Assembly (NCBI GenBank): GCA_965216875.1
Contig: OZ244207.1
Coordinates: 4,160,001-4,224,000 of the forward strand
DNA length: 64,000 nucleotides
Reading direction: 5' to 3'
DNA from: Rubripirellula sp.
Lineage (GTDB): Bacteria > Planctomycetota > Planctomycetia > Pirellulales > Pirellulaceae
In this document: in pieces, positions 11,286 to 19,359 of the stretch
Numbering within the stretch: position 1 is the stretch's first letter
Layout of the letters: each line of letters starts with the position of its first letter
The notes under the pieces: model-generated
The model's input: the letters and a program-made list of their open reading frames with translations, nothing else
What the model was told of the DNA's origin: nothing
The model's database searches: none
Program-made: the position numbers and the translations under genes

Positions 11286-11990
11286 TTAATTGGAATTCGG
11301 TCTCAATCCGGCCGTGGTGGCTCGGCGGACGGGTTGGCGGTTGAGGTAGCCGCGGACCACTTCGTCATGACGAATCCCGAGCTGCGATCGCGAAGACTCC
11401 GTTTTCCCCTCGGGCGCGACCACCAGCACTGCGTTCTGTTGCCAAGTTTGCTGGAAATGCGATGCCGAAATCCGCAGGTTTCCTCGCAGCGGGTCCGCAA
11501 GGAAGACGCATCCCGCCGCAACACCTCGATAGACGACAAAATGGTTCGTCCCGCCGATATCGACAACGACAATCAAAGGCACTTTGCTGCCGGTAAGATC
11601 CGCAAACGAAACCTCGCCGACGCTTGCCAAGAACCCCATCTCCTTTGCCGCATCCGAAACATCAGCCATCGTCAGGCCTTCGCGTTCGCGGTCACGTAGC
11701 TGTGCGCTACTCAACATGTTTTCGACAACGCCAAGCACCATCGGCTCGTTGACATCGTACCCCCAGTAGTACCTTAACAGCGTTGCCAGCGCCGCTGCGC
11801 CACACGAGTAGTCGCGTTGCTGCATCACAATGTTGCGGTTTTTGATTTCGCGCCAACTAAAGACCGGCTTGGCCGCTTGAAAGGCTGAATCACGAACCAC
11901 AGCTCGCGAGCTGACTTGCGCGTGGGCCGAAGTCGATGTGACAAAACCTGCAACGCAAAACGCGATCACCGCAACGGTGGTTTGCCGCAT
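11286..11990 (-). CDS. Secreted stand-alone C39 family cysteine peptidase (FapD-like)
   Basis: Signal peptide ending AHA; QQRDYSCGAAALATLL (Cys), NHFVV (His), LADP (Asp); no ABC domain. Confidence 0.88.
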   Translation of the reverse strand: MRQTTVAVIAFCVAGFVTSTSAHAQVSSRAVVRDSAFQAAKPVFSWREIKNRNIVMQQRDYSCGAAALATLLRYYWGYDVNEPMVLGVVENMLSSAQLRDREREGLTMADVSDAAKEMGFLASVGEVSFADLTGSKVPLIVVVDIGGTNHFVVYRGVAAGCVFLADPLRGNLRISASHFQQTWQQNAVLVVAPEGKTESSRSQLGIRHDEVVRGYLNRQPVRRATTAGLRPNSN

Positions 11991-12010
11991 GCGTTTACTC
12001 GACGGGCTAC

Positions 12011-13270
12011 TCAGTAGGTCCATATCACTCCAGCCTCCATTCCAGGTGCTGAATCAGTCACGCCGAAGTTGACAAACGGCTCCACCAAGCGGCAGTTGTG
12101 TGCAATCGTCGCCGCTAATCGAATTCGTGACGGCTCGATGTCCGATCCAGGCAGATAGACTCCATCGACCTTGGTTTCGGTGACATAGGACCCAAGAAAC
12201 GCCGTGCTCAGCGTGATACGCTCATTGGCCGCAAAACCGACTCCGAGGTTGTAAAAGACCTGGTGCCCGAGATCGACGTTTCGATTCGCAAAACGTTCTC
12301 CGAAGTTGTACGTGTATCCAGCGCCGTAAAAGAGAACCAGCGGGTCCCAAGATCGGATCACCAACAAATCGGCACCCACGTTCCAAACTCCATTTCCCAA
12401 TCCGCTGCTGTTGATCACCAGCGGATTGACGTTGGTGTTTGTTGGTGCCGCGCCTCGCAGCGTCAAAACCGTCGACTTGCTGCGGCAGGAGTCCTGGCAC
12501 AGCAGAAACGTGCCGCCGAAAGTGATGTCGCCAAAACCAAAGTCGCCACCACTGATGTCATCGAACGAATCCGAAATCTCGGTATCTGAAAACCCAACCG
12601 GTGCGTTGATGAACAACTGAGCCCGATCGGTCAGTCCATACCGCACGGCCAAGGGCACGAACCAGTTTCGCTGACGAATTTCCAATCGATCAAGCACCGG
12701 ACCTGGACCACCGAGTGTTGGCCCGTGGTTTTCTTGCAGGCCATAAACCAGTCCCATGTCAAATTGCCATTGGCCCTGACGCAACAGCGGAGAAACACTG
12801 CGCAAAAATTGCGGCGTTCGATCGACTGGGGCTTCCCCATAGTTTTGGATCTGCCGTGCCGTCCGTTGGGCTGCGACGGTGTCGACGGGAACCGCGTTCT
12901 GTACTCCACCTTCCACACTTGCCGGCAATTCGCCAGCTGTTTCGACCGATTCGGAAACACCCTGCGTCAGAACCACGGACGCAACCTGCGCGGCCACGAA
13001 CGTGTCCGTTTGTGGCGAGTTGTTTGCGTCAGACGGAGTGGTTGCTAGAAGTGTCGCTCGAGCTTCGAGTGTCTCGAGCTGAGTCGTTTCCAACTGCGCG
13101 ACACGACCATACGTCAGTCCTAACGTGTGATCGAGTTCTTCAACGTTGTCCGCCTCGGTTGGTAGATGCTCTACCAATTGGGCTTTCGCAGTCACTGGAA
13201 CGGACGAGCAAATCCCGCCCGCCAGCACCACCAATGCGGTCCTCAACCGCCTAACCATTCGACCATCCAT
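12011..13270 (-). CDS. Outer-membrane transporter beta-barrel (FapF / Phenol_MetA_deg-like)
   Basis: Signal peptide, low-complexity N-terminal region, RYGLTDRAQL, GFGDITFG, GLGNG, amphipathic strands, aromatic C-terminus (IWTY). Confidence 0.72.
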   Translation of the reverse strand: MDGRMVRRLRTALVVLAGGICSSVPVTAKAQLVEHLPTEADNVEELDHTLGLTYGRVAQLETTQLETLEARATLLATTPSDANNSPQTDTFVAAQVASVVLTQGVSESVETAGELPASVEGGVQNAVPVDTVAAQRTARQIQNYGEAPVDRTPQFLRSVSPLLRQGQWQFDMGLVYGLQENHGPTLGGPGPVLDRLEIRQRNWFVPLAVRYGLTDRAQLFINAPVGFSDTEISDSFDDISGGDFGFGDITFGGTFLLCQDSCRSKSTVLTLRGAAPTNTNVNPLVINSSGLGNGVWNVGADLLVIRSWDPLVLFYGAGYTYNFGERFANRNVDLGHQVFYNLGVGFAANERITLSTAFLGSYVTETKVDGVYLPGSDIEPSRIRLAATIAHNCRLVEPFVNFGVTDSAPGMEAGVIWTY

Positions 13271-13415
13271 GATCCACCGGCCTGCTTGTGAGAATGTTTA
13301 ATGTGGGAACAGTTCTCGCCCGGGGTGACGAGAGCGACCATCGGAACATCGCATCCGTGTAAGTTCCGAAAACAGTCTGCCGACGCAATGGTCGGCAGTG
13401 AAACCACGGGATGGC

Positions 13416-14456
13416 TTACCAGGCGAAACCGGTCGCCAACGTCAATCCGACCAGATGGCTATTCTGTTCGCCACCAACCGCACTTGCCGTTGCAAGACTG
13501 AAACCGGGGCTACCTGAGGCCGAAACGGCAATGGCATTGCCGTCGCTACCGCCCCAATACTGGTACTCGCCACCGATGCGGGCAAACATGCGGCCGTTGA
13601 AGCTGCGAACGTAGCGCGACCACTGCAAACCGAGTCCAACTTCGCCGATGAACATGGTGGTGTCATCCTCATCGACCGCGCCATTGGTGCTTCCCGCTGC
13701 ACCACCTGGTCCAGAAAAGGACGAGTGCGTGATTGCACTGGTGTTTGCTTCGCCAAAGACGGTTGATCCGCGTCCGTTGACGTAAAGCGACAAACAACGA
13801 CAACGATTGATCGTCTTGAGACCTGACAGACTAAAGGTCAAACCGGTCCCGCTGAAGTGCTCGCGTTGGTACGACGCCAAATTGAATACGTCACCGTTGA
13901 TCGCACCATACATGTTGTTGACGCGGTTGCGGCTTGTCTTTGCATGACGAACGCCAAACGTTCCGACCATCGACCAATTGCGGCGGCAAAAGTCTTTGGT
14001 CAATTCCAAGTCGATCGTGTAGGCGTTGAATCGATCGTCACCGCCGAGCGCTTGGACCTGGTTGCCAAGAATCGGAGCAGGAATGCCATTGACCGATTCC
14101 TGTGCGGTCAGTTCCCAGTAGCGAGCTTGCCAGCCCAGTCCGCTTTGGCCGACGTAGCCCAAGTTGATTCGAGGAGCGCCCTCAAGACGTTCCGATGCGG
14201 AACCAAAGGTTGAGTTGAGCGTGATGGTTGCTGGACCGAGTGGGTCAGTAAACGTGAACGCTGCCGCGCCCGAGTCGTAGATCGGGGCGAGGTAGGTTGC
14301 TTCGACGCCAGCGTAAAGCGTGCCACAGTCATCCGGACAACATGCCGATGCAAGCGCATCGCATTGATCTTCATCGCAGCACTGGTCGGCATTGAGATGT
14401 GGGGTGACACATACAAAGGCGACTGACAGCGCCCATTTGCAGAACCGTTTCATCAT
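13416..14456 (-). CDS. Outer-membrane beta-barrel protein (BBP7/Lpg1974-like)
   Basis: Signal peptide, Cys-rich spacer, PRINLGY..GLGWQARYW, YTIDLE, ARIGGEYQYW, C-terminal GFAW. Confidence 0.7.
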   Translation of the reverse strand: MMKRFCKWALSVAFVCVTPHLNADQCCDEDQCDALASACCPDDCGTLYAGVEATYLAPIYDSGAAAFTFTDPLGPATITLNSTFGSASERLEGAPRINLGYVGQSGLGWQARYWELTAQESVNGIPAPILGNQVQALGGDDRFNAYTIDLELTKDFCRRNWSMVGTFGVRHAKTSRNRVNNMYGAINGDVFNLASYQREHFSGTGLTFSLSGLKTINRCRCLSLYVNGRGSTVFGEANTSAITHSSFSGPGGAAGSTNGAVDEDDTTMFIGEVGLGLQWSRYVRSFNGRMFARIGGEYQYWGGSDGNAIAVSASGSPGFSLATASAVGGEQNSHLVGLTLATGFAW

Positions 14457-14881
14457 GTTTCTCGTCCGTGAGTAAGAGATCAAATTCGCCAGGCGGTCGT
14501 TCCTTCGACCAACCTCTTTCTTAGCTACGGCGGGGACTGCTGCCGCAATCCGGGGGTAGCGAGAACTGTTCGTCGGTGTTGATCGGGTTACTCCGCCTAC
14601 CCTGGCCAAGGATTGACAACACCCCCGAGTAACCCTGCCAGCGATCAAGAGAGGTAGAACGAGCAGCAACGACACAGACCGCACCACCCGAACGGTTGCC
14701 ACGACGCAACCCACAACAAGTCGCGGTTCGGCAAAACGCAACCTTCTGAATCGAAAGTCAAAGACCTCAAAACCCGAACCAATCCGTCGGGCGCAATCGT
14801 TGCGAACAGGCAAGTTTGCCAGTCAGAGAGGCTTCAGAATTCAGCTGCGGGTGCCCGGTGCAAATCCGTTCAGGCACGAAC

Positions 14882-14915
14882 AAAAAAAACGGGCCGAGTC
14901 GTATGACTCAGCCCG
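14882..14915 (-). terminator. Rho-independent terminator downstream of the small secreted-protein gene
   Basis: Minus strand CGGGCTGAGTC-ATAC-GACTCGGCCCG followed by T8. Confidence 0.8.
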
Positions 14916-14976
14916 CTTTGCGTAAACGAGGGTGATTTATGGATGCTCGCCCAAAGCATGAAATGCCTGAGATGGG

Positions 14977-15339
14977 CTAGAAGCCACCAGCAATGGAGAA
15001 ACCACCAGCTGCCGAAACGTTGAACCCGGATCGGGCACGCGAGAAGTTTGCTCCCGCTGCAAAGCTGCGTCCGCGGAAACGGTAGCCATTGGCCGACTCG
15101 GAGTAACCATTGCGACTGGTCGCGTAGGCGTAGGAACGTCCCCAAACCACGCCACCTTGTCCTCGGATCTGCGAGCTTTCATTGCGGTCCATCGAACGCA
15201 TACCGCTCAATCCCATCGCGCTCAGGGCGTTACTACTGATTCCCGAGTCGCTCGTTGTACGGAACGGATCGGCAGCATCTGCCTGGGTAGTAATCGTCAA
15301 CGCCAAAGCAACCGCCAAAACACCTAACAGTCGATTCAT
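14977..15339 (-). CDS. Small secreted Gly/Ser/Ala-rich protein, putative C39 substrate
   Basis: GAGG RBS, Sec signal ending ADA, pro-segment LSAMGLSGMRSMDRNESSQIRGQGG, then G/S/A/aromatic core; own terminator. Confidence 0.75.
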   Translation of the reverse strand: MNRLLGVLAVALALTITTQADAADPFRTTSDSGISSNALSAMGLSGMRSMDRNESSQIRGQGGVVWGRSYAYATSRNGYSESANGYRFRGRSFAAGANFSRARSGFNVSAAGGFSIAGGF

Positions 15340-15641
15340 CAAAGCACCTCGTCTTGTCTCAAGCAGGGTCTCCCGATGGTTGTCACCACCAAGGTGAGCA
15401 ACTCCTCAGAGAGGGGGAGCCGAATACCTGCCCCATTAAAAGCACCGCCCCAATCATCGTCAATCATTTATTCTCAATAACCGTCAAAAACCACGCCGTC
15501 CCTAAATGCTTTTCAATCGATCTAAATGTACATCTGTCGGCTGGCCGTAAGTGGGCAACAAAGAACGGCTTGCTGTACGGCATTTGATTAGGGGATTCAC
15601 GGAGATCGTTTGCAGCCCACAACGGTTCCTGACCGGTCACT

Positions 15642-17924
15642 TCATTGAGGCTCGGCTGGGATTCCGAGACTTTCAAGCTCTTCGTTGCCACGGGCAAACA
15701 GCCGCAAGAAGGTCGTGCGATGATGACGAAATTCGTCGGCAAACATCTCACGATCGGACGCGTACTTGCTCTCCTGGATATCGACGATGATTTTGCGCAG
15801 GCAATCGACCAGCAGCTCTTTTGCTTCTTTCTGTTGTCCGCGCTGGCACCAGATCTCCGCAAGGATGCTCATCTCCTCACATCGGTGCGCACTATCAAGT
15901 CCGTCACGAAGCTTGAGACAAAAACGTTCTGCATCATCGCTCAAGCCAACCTTGTAAGCGGCCGTCCCGAGCTTGCCGTAGCCAAGGTTGTGATCCCAAT
16001 GAGGCGAGAATGTTTCAATCAGTTCGGTGACATGCGCTGTCGACTTGCCCGATCGCTCACCCGCAGCATCGATCGCAACCAGCGCGTCGACGTATTCATC
16101 AAATCGATGTCCGACAACGCTAAAACTATCGAGCGTCGCTTCTCGGACCGACTCATCTGCATCGCCAACAAGCTCAAGGAAACGTTGATAGACACGGACG
16201 ATCGTTTCTTCCTTATTCGTGCCGTTGACTTCGACGCAAGCATCGACGTAACGATCAAAATGTCGTGCCAACAAACTATGACTGCCAAGTAGCTCTTCTT
16301 GTCGCTGAGGGTTTGCATCGCCCGCTTCGGACATAAACCGTTCGTAGGCTTCGATGATCGCCGCCGACGTGGGAACCGACTCTTGCAACTCGAGATGCTT
16401 CCGTCGGTCGAGCTCATTCTCGAATCCCAACAGCTGGCGTCCAATGTGGATCATGAGAAGCGCCCGTGCGTGCGTGCCTTCCGGCTGCTCAGTCGCCGGA
16501 TACCATCGACTGCGAGGCCCATCGAGCACGACCCAACCCTCTTCCCCGCCGCATTGAGCCGTTGCCAAGGCAACGAAATGGGAGGCGATGCCCAACTTTG
16601 GTGAGACTTCGGCGACGGTCGTCAGGTTTGCCGCTTCAAGCGTTTCGCCCTGCCACTGACTGAGCATTCCCGCGTATTCGTCGGCATCGTCCACATCGTT
16701 TTCATCGATCAGCGAAGCGTATTGCATCTCCCAGTAACAGTGGATTGCGTACACGTCTTCAGGAGGCCGCTGATGCATCTTGTAAGTGAAGAAACACCAA
16801 GTGGCACTTCCCACCAACCCTGCATCGACATCATCAGCCTCGAGTCCCGTTTGGTCTCGCATTCGATATCGAATCACCCAGAACGGTCGCAACTCGCGGT
16901 CTGGGGGCCAAGCGAGTTGCCGGTGGTCAACAATTTCCAACTCATCGGGTGCTTGCCCCAATTCATTCGGGTGCGCCAACCATTGCGAAAAGGCGGCCTT
17001 GGCCCGAAACGTGTCGTCTTGTGAATCGTTCGGAATCAAATCCTCGCGATCCAGTTCGGCCAGATAACGCGTCGCGACATCGCTATGGTTCACATCAAGA
17101 CAGTATCTCGCGAGGACCTTCAATCCTGATTCGCGTCCAAGTTTTCCCGCCGCCCAAGCCGCTTCCAATTGCACCGACGTATCGGCATGATCCATCGCCA
17201 GTGCCAGCAACTGGTCACGCGCAGGATTACTGATGAAGGGCAGTGCTGCGGTGGCACTGTGCGCGTAACTTGACTCACTCTCGTCAGGATTCTCCAACCA
17301 CTCGCGCAGCATCTGCCACCCCGCGGGCGAATCAAACGGATGGTCATCAAGTTCGCCTGCGATGGCTGGACCGTTGGCCGCATCAAGCAACGCGATCGCG
17401 AGGAAACCCTCGGGCAGCGGGTCACTCAGTGCCTGAAAAAGGTCATCACGATGCGGATGGCCGTCTGAGTAGATGCCTAAGATGACGTGCCAAAGGTATC
17501 CATCGGGCGCAAGCGGCAACTTTGCGGATGCGATGACTTTCTCGGTACCCGCGGGCGCACCGTACATCGCCAAAATCTTCAACACGTAAAGTAAGTCGCT
17601 CGGGTCGTCTTGATCAACCGTTTGCATCAGTTCATCAAACATGCGAACAAGTTCTGGCAGTCCCTCGAGGTAGAGCACTTCATACGCGGGAACGTCCGTA
17701 CCGTCGACATCCTGAAACAAGCCCGCAAGCGCATAGAGTGGTGACTGGAGAACACTCTTGCTCGAGCAGTCGGCAATCGAGAGGCTTTGCAGCGCTTCGC
17801 AGATTGCCTTGGCGTCTTTTTTTGAACTGATCGCGTAGTCATCCAAACCCTGCAACTCTTTGACCAAGTCACCGCCTGGTTTCATGCCGCGCGCGATCGC
17901 TCGGCGAAGAGGACTGCTAAACAC
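15642..17924 (-). CDS. Large alpha-helical hypothetical protein with HEAT-like and TPR-like segments
   Basis: 760-aa ORF; DHADTSVQLEAAWAAGKLG HEAT-like motif; YGKLGTAAYKVG TPR-like C-terminus. Confidence 0.6.
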   Translation of the reverse strand: MFSSPLRRAIARGMKPGGDLVKELQGLDDYAISSKKDAKAICEALQSLSIADCSSKSVLQSPLYALAGLFQDVDGTDVPAYEVLYLEGLPELVRMFDELMQTVDQDDPSDLLYVLKILAMYGAPAGTEKVIASAKLPLAPDGYLWHVILGIYSDGHPHRDDLFQALSDPLPEGFLAIALLDAANGPAIAGELDDHPFDSPAGWQMLREWLENPDESESSYAHSATAALPFISNPARDQLLALAMDHADTSVQLEAAWAAGKLGRESGLKVLARYCLDVNHSDVATRYLAELDREDLIPNDSQDDTFRAKAAFSQWLAHPNELGQAPDELEIVDHRQLAWPPDRELRPFWVIRYRMRDQTGLEADDVDAGLVGSATWCFFTYKMHQRPPEDVYAIHCYWEMQYASLIDENDVDDADEYAGMLSQWQGETLEAANLTTVAEVSPKLGIASHFVALATAQCGGEEGWVVLDGPRSRWYPATEQPEGTHARALLMIHIGRQLLGFENELDRRKHLELQESVPTSAAIIEAYERFMSEAGDANPQRQEELLGSHSLLARHFDRYVDACVEVNGTNKEETIVRVYQRFLELVGDADESVREATLDSFSVVGHRFDEYVDALVAIDAAGERSGKSTAHVTELIETFSPHWDHNLGYGKLGTAAYKVGLSDDAERFCLKLRDGLDSAHRCEEMSILAEIWCQRGQQKEAKELLVDCLRKIIVDIQESKYASDREMFADEFRHHRTTFLRLFARGNEELESLGIPAEPQ

Positions 17925-18135
17925 GCCATTCTCCTATCGAACTCCCAAATCCCGAGTTCCCATTGACGACCAACAACCCGGTAGCTGAAACCATATCAGA
18001 TACTGCACGCCAAGTGAGCGGCGAGCCACGCTGCATTCGCAGAGCGAAACGCGGCTTTCTTGAGAGCGCGTCCGTAGTGGATGAGGCCACGAATCCCTCA
18101 AACGCACCCAGCCCAAGGACTCGTTGCCTCGTCCA

Positions 18136-19359
18136 CTACTTTTTTAGCGCCGCGACATCAGCCAAATTCTTTAGGTTGCTGAGAACATGATCGGTATCAG
18201 GACCAAAATCGAGCAAACAGGCGATCTCGGTCACTCCGATCGCCTGCAGTTCTCGGCATGTCGCGGCGCATGATTGCACCGTCCCCATCAACGACCGGCC
18301 ACCAATGAACTTGTTCAACATCCACTCGAGCATTTGATCGAGTTCTGCTTTTGGCAAAGTTTCCAAATCCATTGTCTGCCCTTGGCTCACCGCCAATTGC
18401 TTGAGCAGTCCCAGGTTGTCGCGCAGGTATTCGCAGTAGGCTGCACCGGCTTCTTCCCGAACTTGGTCAAACGTTTCGCCCACAAACGTGTGCAGTGTGA
18501 CTGCGATTTCGCCCGGTCCTTGGTGCCCGGCACGGCCTCGTGCTTGCCGGTAGATGTCAACCTTGACCTTCAGTTCACCGATGTCCTGATTGAAAAGGTG
18601 CGTCAGAACGCCAACACCCATTTCGCCGGCGCGGCGAAAGGTCTCGGGATTGCCCGCGGCAGTCAACCAAACTGGCAATTCGGGTTGCACCGGCGTTGGG
18701 TAGGTTCGGACTGAAATCGAATCACCCGTCCCACTTGCGCGTTGCACCTCTTCGCCTCGCCAAAGCCGGCGCACCTGATCGATTCCGTCGTACATGTTGT
18801 CCGATCGATCTTGATACGCCTCAGGAGCGAGCACGAAGTCATCGGGATGCCAACCAGAAGCAAAGGCAAGCTCCACTCGCCCACCTGACAAATTGTCGAC
18901 CACGGCCCATTGCTCAGCGACGCGAAGTGGATCGTTCAGCGGCATCACAACACTGCCCGCTTTGAGTTTCAAGCTCTTGGTTCGACTTGCAATCGCTGCA
19001 TGTAAAACCGCGGGACTGGGATAAAGGCAACCAAACTTTGTGAAATGGCGCTCAGGCAACCAAATCCCATCGAAGCCGTGGCGGTCGGCAAACAAGGCCG
19101 CTTCGGTCAGCAATCGATACTTGTCCCCCTTGGCGTCCGTTTCCTGGTCTCCAAAAAACATCAACGACATTCTTAGGTCGGACGCATCACCATCAGCAAC
19201 CACGTCGGCTTTCGAAGCGTCGCGGATCGCCTGCAAACACTCCTGCTTGGTTCCCGCGATCGTTGTACGCGTCCATCCGCTGGGCACATCGCGATCGATG
19301 GGCCAACACGACGAACGGCCTGTTCCATTTTGAACGACGATGTAACGTTCCGTCTTCAC
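18136..19359 (-). CDS. MbtH-like domain fused to luciferase-like FMN monooxygenase (MupA/Atu3671 type)
   Basis: N-terminal YIVVQN...SCWP...PSGW...KQECL; then IWLPERHF, LYPSPAV, VDNLSGGRV, SGWHPDDF; GTGA overlap with the megasynthase stop. Confidence 0.88.
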   Translation of the reverse strand: MKTERYIVVQNGTGRSSCWPIDRDVPSGWTRTTIAGTKQECLQAIRDASKADVVADGDASDLRMSLMFFGDQETDAKGDKYRLLTEAALFADRHGFDGIWLPERHFTKFGCLYPSPAVLHAAIASRTKSLKLKAGSVVMPLNDPLRVAEQWAVVDNLSGGRVELAFASGWHPDDFVLAPEAYQDRSDNMYDGIDQVRRLWRGEEVQRASGTGDSISVRTYPTPVQPELPVWLTAAGNPETFRRAGEMGVGVLTHLFNQDIGELKVKVDIYRQARGRAGHQGPGEIAVTLHTFVGETFDQVREEAGAAYCEYLRDNLGLLKQLAVSQGQTMDLETLPKAELDQMLEWMLNKFIGGRSLMGTVQSCAATCRELQAIGVTEIACLLDFGPDTDHVLSNLKNLADVAALKK

